A DNA stretch of 59,633 bases, filler included, from Catajapyx aquilonaris (taxonomy: Eukaryota): assembly GCA_000934665.2 (NCBI GenBank). It is 2 parts of 2 records of this genome, joined end to end, with 100 filler letters (N's around TTAATTAATTAA, not from the genome) between each part and the next. Parts side by side here need not be neighbours in the genome. Positions count along the whole stretch, not along the records: positions 29,861 to 59,633 come from KZ539208.1; 1 more part is not named here. One strand, 5' to 3'. The number at the start of each line of letters is the position of its first letter. The first letter of the stretch is position 1. Shown here in pieces: positions 50,301 through 59,633 of this stretch. The notes beneath the pieces were generated by a model. The model searched no databases and had not been told where the DNA came from. It worked only from the letters and a program-made list of their open reading frames with translations. The position numbers and the translations under genes are program-made.

Positions 50301-53300
50301 ACCGAAGGAATCGGGATTGCAGTGTACCTAGATTCCGTGCTATTCCTTGATCCACTCATTTTCCCTTTCACTCGATATTCCATGGAACTTAAAACAGTGC
50401 TATGTTCGGGGTGAAGTTCTGCTCGTCACCGTATGGCTCCTGGTCGAGCAACGTGCCTGGAACCTACATTCCTTTGAGACAAGGTCAGTTGTCAACCAAG
50501 CGTCATGTTTCTAGTTATAGTAGGAAGAAAAATATAGGTTTTTTTGAAGGGACTACCTAGTGAAACACCCTGTGGTTCCCACAAACATGAAAGGCTTGAC
50601 ATAAACACTACTATTCTCACCTGTCCCATGATAAACTTGTTGACAAGAGATTTGGTGTTTTTCCTGACTGATGCACTGCTGGTTTTCTCCAGGATGGTCA
50701 GATCCTCTTGTGCTGCTAGCAAGTGATGAAGTCCAACTGATGGGGCCAGAGTTATGGCATCCCTTTTTGGGACATAAACCTGGGCCATCCGGTCTTCCCT
50801 GTCCTCCACTTGATTAGACCACTAAAGCAGCAAGAGGGGGGAAAAAAATCTTAGCCTTCCAACTGCAGTCAAACCCTACTTTATCACAGAGATGAGCAAC
50901 TTGCACTGTTCATCACATTCTTATACGTATATGCTGAGCCTCCTGAAATCACAAATAACACAAACTCACTGTGAAGGACTGGATGGTGACATCAAGCCTC
51001 TTGATTATCATTTCCCGCCTCATGGTATATTCATGACACAACTCTGCTTGGATGTCACTGAGCTGGCTCCACTGCTTGTCTGAGAGGACTCCAGTGAAAA
51101 GAGGTTTTCCCACCAGGTGGGGAGGGGCCTGCACTATCACATCTTGCATCTTCTTTTCCACTTTTGAAAACAGCATTGCAGGGGTTATGTTTTCTGGGGG
51201 CTTTGTAAAGCCCAAGACTATCAGCATATCCTTCAGTTCCTTAGCAATAATAGTCTCATCCTGGCAGAAAGAAACGGGGAAGGGAGAAGGAGAGAAAAGC
51301 TAATCGGTGACAGCCAGGGCCTTTTTATGAAGAATCATCATATGTGATCTTCCTTACATTTGCCATGCATACAGCTATAGCATGTTCTAATACAGTAATA
51401 CTATTTTTCATTAGTTTGAACTGAACCTGAAAAAGTTCACACCAATTTTAAGAAGTTTAAATCACCTGACCCACCCAACATAGCTGATACAGTAGAACCC
51501 CAATTATTCATCGTCCATGGGACCGGGGCATGGTCGGAACACAACAAAGGTCGAATAATCCGTGGAGTAAAGAAAACATACTTTAATGAAACACAACAAA
51601 AAAATAACATGAAATAACGTACAATATTACGGTTTTAGCTAAGAAATAGTGAAGTACGAGGGTCGTTCGGAAATGATCCGCACTCGATTTTTTTTGGCCA
51701 CTACATGTACCAGCAGAGGCTGAATCACACTTGGGCTGCCTCAATGTATTCTCCACCGAGGTCGATGCACCGCTGCCACCTTCCTGGCAACTTCATGGTC
51801 GTCTCTCGGAACCATTCTTTTGGTGCCCTCACCACCCAGTCATGGACAGCTCCTTGGAGCTCAGTTGCATAGGCAAATCTTCGTCCACGGAGGGGTTCCT
51901 TCATCACGTCGAAAAGTCCATAGTCAGAAGGTGCCAGGTCCAGGGAATAGGGTGGGTGTGACAACACAGTGTAACCGAACTCGAGCTTCCAGTAACTCTC
52001 GGCACCTCTGGACTCGCACCTCTTTCTGCTGCAGGGTGAGATCACGCGTAACTCAATGCGCGCACACTTTTTTTAAAGCAAGATCCTCATGAATGATGAC
52101 ATGCAGGGTGGCCCGACCTAGGCCAGTGTCAAGTTCCAGTTTATCGAATGTGATTCGACGATTTTCCATAATCAAGTCGTTAACCTTCCCCACCATGACA
52201 GCTGTCCGAGAAGTGGACGGTCTGCCTGCACTAACCCCCTTTTCCACTGTGGCATGGCCTGCCTTGAATGCCTGGATCCAGTCGTAAACTGTTCTGCGGC
52301 CTGGAGCCATCACTTCTCCACACACAGCCACAAGACGGTGGTGAATGTCCGCTGCTGTCACACCTTCTTTCCACAAGAACCAGGCTGTCCACCGTTGGCC
52401 CGTGATAGTCGCCCTCCATCTTGTCCACGCTAGTCGCCCTCCATCTTGTCCACGCTAGTCAACACCCTCCCGCGTTTCAAGTGGTGCTGTCGCTGACCTG
52501 ATGCGGTGATTACGGCAAACTTTTTACGGAGTGTAGGGTACAGTGGCCCCCACTGTTGAGATAAATACCAACTTCGGGCAGCCACGTATGCCGCGACAAT
52601 AAATCGAGTGCGGATCATTTCCGAATGACCCTCGTACTTATCTTTTACATACACACATCACTGCACTGTATTTACAACTTAACTAAGGCAATACAAAACA
52701 AATGCATGGTACATGACAGTATTTGATGAGAAACATTGCCAGAGCGGGACGGTCAGATAAATTGAAGAGTCGGATAATCCGAGCTCGGATAATCAGGGTT
52801 CTACTGCACTAACATTAGCTTAGTTAGGACGACACGGTGGCGTAGTGGTTAGCGCCACAGCCTTCCACCTCTGAGGTCCCAAGTTCGATTCTCAGGTTGG
52901 ACAGAGGACACTTATGTGGATCGAGTTTCGATGGGTTCTCTCTGTGTTCACGTGGGTTTTCTCGGGGTTCTCCCGTTTCCTGCCACTACCAAAATCCATC
53001 ACATGACAGGTAATGAAGACGGTCAATTAAAAGATGATCCCCAAAGCGGCCCAAGGAGGCCTATCACGGGGTATCCATTATAAACATTAGCTTAGTTAAA
53101 ATAGGAAGAAAATTATGAGTAGCATTCCATAGGTGCAGATATCACTGCACTCCACTAATAATACTCATCTTATAAAATTTGTAACCAAAGCTTCATTATA
53201 AGCTCAATTCAAAAAATGTCACAAATATCGATTTTTGAGAAAAACACGAATCAATATTTTGGAGGCCATCTTTAATTCGGAATTTCGATTTTTCACAGAC

Positions 53301-55087
53301 AGGATTGGAACAATATCCTGGCAGTTATCGGCCTCCAACTGAGGGCGGACGGAGGCATCATTTGTAAAAATGTTTTTATAGTTCGTAAATTTCACAAGTC
53401 TACTCTCGGTTTTTTGAAGAAATGCCAATTAAACAATGTAGCCTTCATTTTAAGAGCAATTCATTTTTAAAAAAATATCGATTTATGAGAAAAAAATAAA
53501 TCAAAGTTTAATTCGAAATTTCGAATTTTCACAAACGTCTCCCCCACCATCTGAAAGGGTGTTAAAATAGTGCCCCAAACCATTAATCACATTTCGGGTA
53601 TGTTGCAATTTTCCGAAGTTATGGCCTTCCAACTGATGCAGATGGAGGCAAAATTCGTATCTTTCACAGACTGTAGTTATGCAACCACGAGTCGCAGGGA
53701 CAAACAAAACGAGGCCCTCACTCAGACACATGNGGGGGGGTCCAGTTAACGTGGAATGCCCCATATGTTTATAAACCAATTGTAAAGAGCTTGACGAAGA
53801 CCATCACCAAGGCGACTGTGTTGAGCCAAGTTGGGGATGGAACATCCACTCTTGCGACCTCTCAGTCGAACAGCCAGGCACACTACTACTGTTCGACTGA
53901 GAGGTCGCAAGAGTGGATGTTCCATCGCCAACTTGGCTCAACACAGTTGTCCAGGAGACTCACCGTACGCTTTTCATACAATTTTTCATAAAATGTCCAA
54001 GGAGTCTTGCTTGTCTTTTCGTTATTTCATTTTTTTACAATGTTACACAGGAATTTGTTATTTTGTGATATCGAAATGTATATTTTGTGATATCGAAATG
54101 TAGTGAAAGAGTGTTCAATGCATTTCAGCCCTACAATGAGGAGATCTGCTGTGTGAGTCTTCCCCCATACAAGGCACTTTGCTTTATGGGGTAATATATT
54201 ATCATAAGTTTTAATATCATGGTTTGAAAAATATTATTATTATTCTATTTTTCAAACCATGATATTAAAACTTTTATCTGAGCTGCTGAAAGCGTTATCC
54301 AGCATAGAGAAAATAATGAGCGAAATATTTCATGTGTTCAGCATAAATTATTGTCCTCTAGCCTTTCGTCTTGTTTTAGTTTAGCTGAAATAAATTTAGC
54401 GGAATAAATATCCTCTCAGAATGGTGAATTCTGGATACAGTCCAGATTCCCTGTGGCTGGAATTCGCATTCAGAATTCGGCACTCCAGTGCAAGCTCAAT
54501 TGGTCAGTATCAGAACTTGATTAGTGTCTAAATGTACTTTTATTTTACATAAGGTGCACTAATTTGGTCTGCCGACAGGTTACTCAACTCTGGCCATTCA
54601 ATGATGACCCATTTTTCTCTCTGCCATTCTGAGGTGAACGAGCCTCTCAGACAGTCATTGCGCAGGTACGCTTGTGTCATTCTTTCTTTTTCGTCATTTT
54701 TTAACAGAGGCACATAAGTCAATGTCAGACAATTTTAGATCATTTTTGTTGATTAGGACTTAGGCTCAACCAAGCAGTTTTATGAAACGGCAATTTAGGT
54801 CCAGTTCCACAGCTAGGGATAACTGTCACATTCATGCCTTCTAGCGGCATGGAACTAGGGACTCGCAGTGTTCTACACCCATGGGCAATATCCCCAACCC
54901 TTTATTATCTAAAGATTATGCCTTACAAGTTCCACTTGCATTCCCATGTCCAGTTCAGGTTTGTTGACCACAATCATTCTTGCAGCTTGAAGTTCAGTGG
55001 TTAGGAAGTCAAGGAGAAGAAGTCGACTCCCCTTGTCCTGAAGGCGGCTGCTCAAGGGGCCTTCCATCAGTGGAGCATACGGACAAA
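47371..55087 (-). CDS. FAM98A: FAM98A/B-like protein, 3' exons (55087-54927, 51260-50970, 50821-50621, 47804-47371); 5' exons not in window
   Basis: CPY..L..G...SRL......LLLLDFL.TELQA, EY..RR.M.IKRLDVTIQSF.WS, MG.VPDRGGRP, PPPEMPSWQ and an RGG-rich tail ending GYGYHTYR*. There is an N gap at 47641-47670. Confidence 0.92.
48509..49195. mobile_element. Old pogo-like element hosting a nested MITE
   Basis: Short imperfect termini CAGTGG..CTCG / CGAGATTCCACTG-TA and repeated TTCGAA motifs. Confidence 0.45.
48879..48970. mobile_element. 92-bp palindromic Tc1/mariner MITE
   Basis: CAGGGTGTTC(C/G)AAGTATTTGGGTCACTTCTTGATAACTG arms; TA TSD. Confidence 0.85.
49964..50414. repeat. Two adjacent imperfect inverted repeats (49964-50107; 50160-50414), MITE-like
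   Basis: TTCCCTGAGAATGCA.GTCTG.CACCTCCCACTTT arms, and TCACCC.GAACATAGCAC.GTTTTA.GTTCCATGGAATAT arms. Confidence 0.65.
51490..52806. mobile_element. pogo/Tigger-like MITE split by a mariner insertion
   Basis: Termini CAGTAGAACCC / GGGTTCTACTG with GGATAATC subterminal motifs. Confidence 0.65.
51657..52634 (-). mobile_element. Mariner transposon, internally deleted
   Basis: About 34-bp TIRs CGAGGGTC(G/A)TTCGGAAATGATCCGCACTCGATTT and TA TSD. N-terminal HTH ORF 52376-52053 and C-terminal HPPYSLDLAPSDY ORF 52045-51725; the central catalytic region is missing. Confidence 0.95.
52827..53082 (+). mobile_element. tRNA-derived SINE family 1, copy c
   Basis: A and B boxes; 16-bp TSD AACATTAGCTTAGTTA. 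Confidence 0.92.
53223..53650. repeat. Diverged direct repeat (about 53223-53357 and 53473-53650)
   Basis: Shared AAATATCGATTT.TGAGAAAAA, TTTAATTCG.AATTTCGA and GGCC..CCAACTGA..GC.GA.GGAGGCA blocks. Confidence 0.6.
53815..53947. repeat. Near-perfect palindrome, 59-bp arms, 15-nt loop
   Basis: Read directly from the sequence; one mismatch seen. Confidence 0.9.
54206..54273. repeat. Perfect AT-rich palindrome, 28-bp arms
   Basis: AAGTTTTAATATCATGGTTTGAAAAATA and its reverse complement. Confidence 0.9.
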
Positions 55088-55226
55088 CTGAAAAATCATC
55101 AGACATATCAATAGGTAAAGTGGCGAATATTCTAGGAATGTCTTACATCACTCTCATCTGGCAGAAAATGGATTCTTTGGGCAAAAAGTGCAAAAAAATT
55201 ATCAAGTACCAATCATTAACAATATA

Positions 55227-57032
55227 CACTACTCCAGATTATCTGGGCTAATGAATGTATGGGTGTTGCCGGATAATCAGAAAATACAGATACAGGAAGT
55301 ACCCGTTTTGCACCAGTAATTGGTTCTAGCAACATTGTGGCGTTAAGTGAATTGGTGTAAAACGAGACACAATGAATGAGATAGATGCCAAAATTTCCAC
55401 AATTTTCCCACAGACATAACCAAAATTTCTTTTTTTAATGCTCAAAATTTGAAACATTTCATACACACGTTTAATAGGAGGTTCCAGCTTGAGGGCCATG
55501 GAGTTCTGAGGCTTCCTTTCCCTTTTTTGGCAAGAACTCCAGTACAAATAATGTATGGAAATTGAGAGAATGATCTGACGTCATCAACGTTTCCATGGAA
55601 ATACCCTCCCAGAACAATAGAAGTAAACAGTGTCAACAAAAAGCAACAATGGAAGAAACGATGACGTCAGATCGTTCTTTCATTTTCCGTACATTAGTGT
55701 ATTGTAGCAACGGCTGCAGTACTTCAGTGAGTGCAGAGACAATAATACAGTACCCATCAGAAGGGGATACTTTACAGCTTTGAAGGTTTTTGGCTTCCAA
55801 TTAACTGCATGTGCAAAGTAAATGTGAGATTTCAAAACTATTGCATGCAGACAAGCCTATACAGGGTGTATCTGAACTCAGTGCCCCGACGTATATGACT
55901 GCCTTCCTTGCATTCCACATGATGAGGGTGCACTAAGAAGTTTGCAGATGTTAAGACGGGCCACAAAATGCTGCCTAATGTAGTCCCACCAACAGACAGT
56001 AGCCGAGTCACACAATGACCTCTAGATTTGGTGAGTAGATCCTCACATGTGCCAGTCAAACAACAGCAGCAATCATTTGCTTCTTGAGGAATCATGATGT
56101 CACCCACCAGGCAGCTGAACTTTTTCCCTGATTTGTGTAAAGTGTAAAGTATCCCCTTCTGACGGTACTGAATGTCTATACACACTGCCACAATGCATCA
56201 CGGAAAACAACAGAAACGCCTATAATGTAGTGTGTTTGAACTCAGAAATGTTGCAGTGATGTGCTTATGTTTATATTGCAGTTATTTTCAAATTTATGAA
56301 ATTTTACAATTAAACTATTCTTGAAAGGTAATTTTGAAACCTGTGTTAATGTTAAATGGCGTAAACGAAGCAGTATAAAACAGGTACTTCCTGTAATCCG
56401 AAAATGGTCCTAGATACAGTAAAAATGAGCTACCGTATTTACTCGCATATAAGACGCACTTTTTTTCCGATTTTTGTAGCTCAAAAAGTAGGGTGCGTCT
56501 TATACGGCAGGGCACAACTGGTGAAACCCGTGAGAAATCGTGAAAATCGTTTATTGAAAAATTTTAAAACATCGCACATTCGAATCAGTCATCGTCGCTC
56601 TCCTCGGCCGTCCACACACGTGCACAATTCCGGTGTGACCTTGCCACCTGTNATTCTCGCATGCATTGCACATGCATTGCACACGAGGTTGCTGCCGGAA
56701 GCTCGAGGCCAGTTCCCAAACTACGGCAATAAATCTGGGTGCGTCTTATATGAGTCAACAACCGATTTTCCACGATTTTTCGCCTCAAAACCGGGGTGCG
56801 TCTTATACGCGTGTGCGTCTTATATGCGAGTAAATACGGTATTCACAAATTTTTAATGTACTATTGTACATGATGTATGCCTCCTTTAAATAAGGTTTAA
56901 TCAACTTACCCTGGATTTTTAGCTTGTCTGATAGAAAAAGTCTAGCATTTCTTCATTTACGAGACAAGACATTTTAAGGACTTTTCCTTAATTACATTTT
57001 TTGGTGATACCCGGATAATCGGGAGTACAGTG
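55227..57032. mobile_element. Old pogo-like element with nested insertions
   Basis: Imperfect termini CACTACTCCAGATTATCTGGG / CCCGGATAATCGGGAGTACAGTG with TA flanks. Contains an inverted repeat at 55550-55695, a lone CAGGGTG terminus at 55862 and the 56433 MITE. Confidence 0.45.
56433..56839. mobile_element. Tigger/pogo-like MITE
   Basis: Perfect 27-bp TIRs CCGTATTTACTCGCATATAAGACGCAC, TA TSD, repeated GGGTGCGTCTTATA. Confidence 0.9.
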
Positions 57033-57392
57033 TACTTTGGAAGACACACCCGAATACACTTACAGTGCCCACAGACTAAATTCTCAAAAAGATAAGCATG
57101 TGCTAAATATTTTGACCTGTGTGTTTAAGCCATACACGGTAGGGTTTCAAAACCGGTTTTTCTATTGATCCCTCTGTACCCACCATTCCCTAAGCGAGCT
57201 GATGGGTCCCCCCACCCTCTGTTCCACCAATCAGATCACTTAGGGTGCCTGGAGGGGCAGAGGTTGCCAGCTACTTTTTGAGAAGTTAGGCTGCAAGTAT
57301 TTTAGATATGTGCAGCTGCCCAGTGGTGTAGGCAGGGGCCCCCTGGGCTCCCACAAAGAAATTATCTGGCTGTGCCATTGCAGCAGCTTATA

Positions 57393-57967
57393 CAGGGTGT
57401 ATCAGTCACGGGTCAAGTGCACGCGAGGGGGTGGGGAAAAATCGTAGGTGGCGACAACCCCGGTCGGTTTTATAAAACAATTAGAAATACGGCAGTAATC
57501 AATTTATTTATTACGGCCGTAAGGCGTGACGTCACGTCCTTTCTGTATTCAAATTTACCCGCGCGGACTGGCAGAGTGCAGTGATTTGAAGCTACTTGAC
57601 GGGTTTTTAGCCTTGTGGGTTCACTGAAAAAGGCGCTCTCATGCTACACCGGCAGGGTACTGAACAAAGTAGTGTACTACTGTACAGTGGTGTGTTCAGT
57701 ACTCTGCCGGTGTAGCATGAGAGCGCCTTTTTCAGTGAACCCACAAGGCTAAAAACCGTCAAGCAGCTTCAAATCACTGCAGTCTGCCAGTCCACGGGGG
57801 TCAATTCGAATACAGAAAGAACGTGACGTCACGCCTTACGGCCGTAATAAATAAATTGATTACTGCCGTATTTCTACTTGTTTTATAAAACCGACCGGGG
57901 TAGTCGCCACCTACGATTTTTCCCCACCCCCTCGCGCACGCTTGACCCGTGACTCTGATACACCCTG
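57393..57967. mobile_element. Near-perfect 575-bp palindromic Tc1/mariner-type foldback
   Basis: TA-CAGGGTGTATCAG termini; arms of about 275 bp with few mismatches. Confidence 0.9.
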
Positions 57968-58139
57968 TATAAGCCCATGTAAGTTTGACTGGGCCAGCCA
58001 AAACAAATTGACACTGATTTTTTTAGGTGATGAAGAAAATTAGTCCATGACTCATGGTGAGTAGCATAGCATACAACATGTCTCTTGTACTATCGGAACA
58101 CCAACTCCTGTTTGAATATTCTACGACTCCAGGTGACGG

Positions 58140-58300
58140 TGACACCAGACCTAGGTTCCTATATTCGCCTCCGCTCTGTCAGAAGGTTGGCGCCGAAGAC
58201 CAAGATTCAGCGTTGAGGTTTTGCTTCCTTTTGAAGAAAACATCCATGGAAGCGTACGACATGCTAAGAGAGGTGTATGGTGAAGAAGTGTTCCACAGAA
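58140..58300 (+). pseudogene. Mariner transposase N-terminal remnant
   Basis: ALRFCFLLKKTSMEAYDMLREVYGEE resembles the mariner N-terminal HTH. A RWVPRLL fragment also occurs near 58803. Confidence 0.7.
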
Positions 58301-59100
58301 TTCTGACAGAGGAATTCATTAAAATCACCTGTGCAGTGATTGACCTGGTTGATCATCTCATAACCATCCATGACCTTGCCAGAATAGGTACGTTCACACG
58401 GGCGCAAAATTTCCCTGGAAAGTGCCTGGAAAGTTGAATTCCAGGTTTTGTCACTCGCCCAAACAGGAAAGTACAAACTCTGAAAGACTGCCCCACGTTG
58501 GAAAAGATCAGGAATCTCGGTTGAACATGGAAAGTAGTCACGTGACTTCCACACTTCCCTCCACTCCACGCCCCCCCCCCCCCCCCCCCCACCCCCCNNN
58601 NNCCCCCCCACTAGTTGTTGGGTTGCACGGGTTGCACGTTTCATCTGTTTTAGTCTCCGGTGATGCCATCCAATGGCGCACACCGGTAGTACTAACAAAT
58701 TTTGCGCCCATGTGAACGTACCTAATGTGTGGTATCTCCCATGGTAGTGCCCACATGATTTTGCATTGACCATTTGCATGTGCTACACATTTGAACCCAA
58801 CACGATGGGTCCCCAGGCTGTTGTTTCCAGAGCAGAAGCAGGAGGTTTGTGAAGAGCTGCAACATCTTGTGGCTGAACATGATGGTAACCAGTATCTGCT
58901 AATCATAATCTTAGCATGTCGTATGCCTCCGTGGCTGCTTTCTTCAAACGAAGGCAAACACTCAATGCTGAATGTTGGTCCTCATCGGTGACTTTCTGGC
59001 AGAGAAGAGGCGAATATGAACCTACGTTACTTCCAGTGTCACTGATCTAGGATCGTAAAATATTAGAACAAGAATTGGTGTTCTAATACTCCAAGACATG

Positions 59101-59447
59101 CGGGGAAGGCGTGGTGGCCGAGATGGTAACGTCTCAGCTTGCTGTGCGGAAGCTCCCGGGTGCAATCCCGCCCGGGAGTTCCCTTCCGCCTGCGTCAGTG
59201 GGTCCCTGGCCCCCACCCAAGAAGGCGTCTTGGCAACCTAGCCTTCTGGGGCACTGCACATGACCCATTTCCGACAATGCACAAGCACCTGTGTCCCCTC
59301 CCCAAAATCCCTATCCTTACCCCATTTTCCTTACTTCCCTGCACGGAGAATGAAGAAAAAAAGGATTAAAAATACTAGAAAACCGATGGTGGTATGCACC
59401 CCCTATAATGACATCATGGGGTAAAATAAATAAATAAATAAAAAAAA
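59101..59447 (+). mobile_element. tRNA-derived SINE family 3
   Basis: TGGCCGAGATGG A box, GGTGCAATCC B-box-like, (TAAA)n/poly-A tail, 13-bp TSD ACTCCAAGACATG. Confidence 0.85.
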
Positions 59448-59633
59448 ACTCCAAGACATGATTCACATGATGCCACTCACTGCCAGTAATGAACTATAAT
59501 TCTCTTTGTCACATTTTAAAAATTCAGTCTCAATTTGTTCTGACTAGCTTTTCCTGGCAGTGCACTCATGTCCTGCTTTGCAAAGAGGTATTTAGCATGT
59601 TAGGGGTCATCCATATACCACGTGACCATTTTG

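Overview
Eukaryotic, intron-containing DNA from an animal, most likely an arthropod (inference from protein style and repeat content). There are no prokaryotic features. Gene order: 3' part of a tandem C2H2 zinc-finger gene (+); FAAP100-like (+); deoxynucleoside kinase (-); five EPHX4-like alpha/beta-hydrolase (epoxide hydrolase) paralogues (four -, one +); OCRL/INPP5B inositol 5-phosphatase (-, 12 exons); a dehydrogenase-only GLYR1-like gene (+); HAAO (+); and the 3' exons of FAM98 (-). About 6.5-26 kb is compact, with mostly 50-100 nt introns. The rest is crowded with Tc1/mariner, pogo, hAT and Harbinger relics, MITEs and foldbacks, three tRNA-derived SINE families with TSDs, and Helitron-like pieces. 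The most notable points are: an apparent AT-AA U12 (minor spliceosome) first intron plus a second U12 intron in OCRL; a mosaic duplicated epoxide-hydrolase cluster with precise intron differences and a head-to-head pair only 153 bp apart; two GC-AG introns; and many near-perfect palindromes. Exon models were built by hand from splice signals and frame continuity. Family assignments are from recognition of motifs, not database searches.
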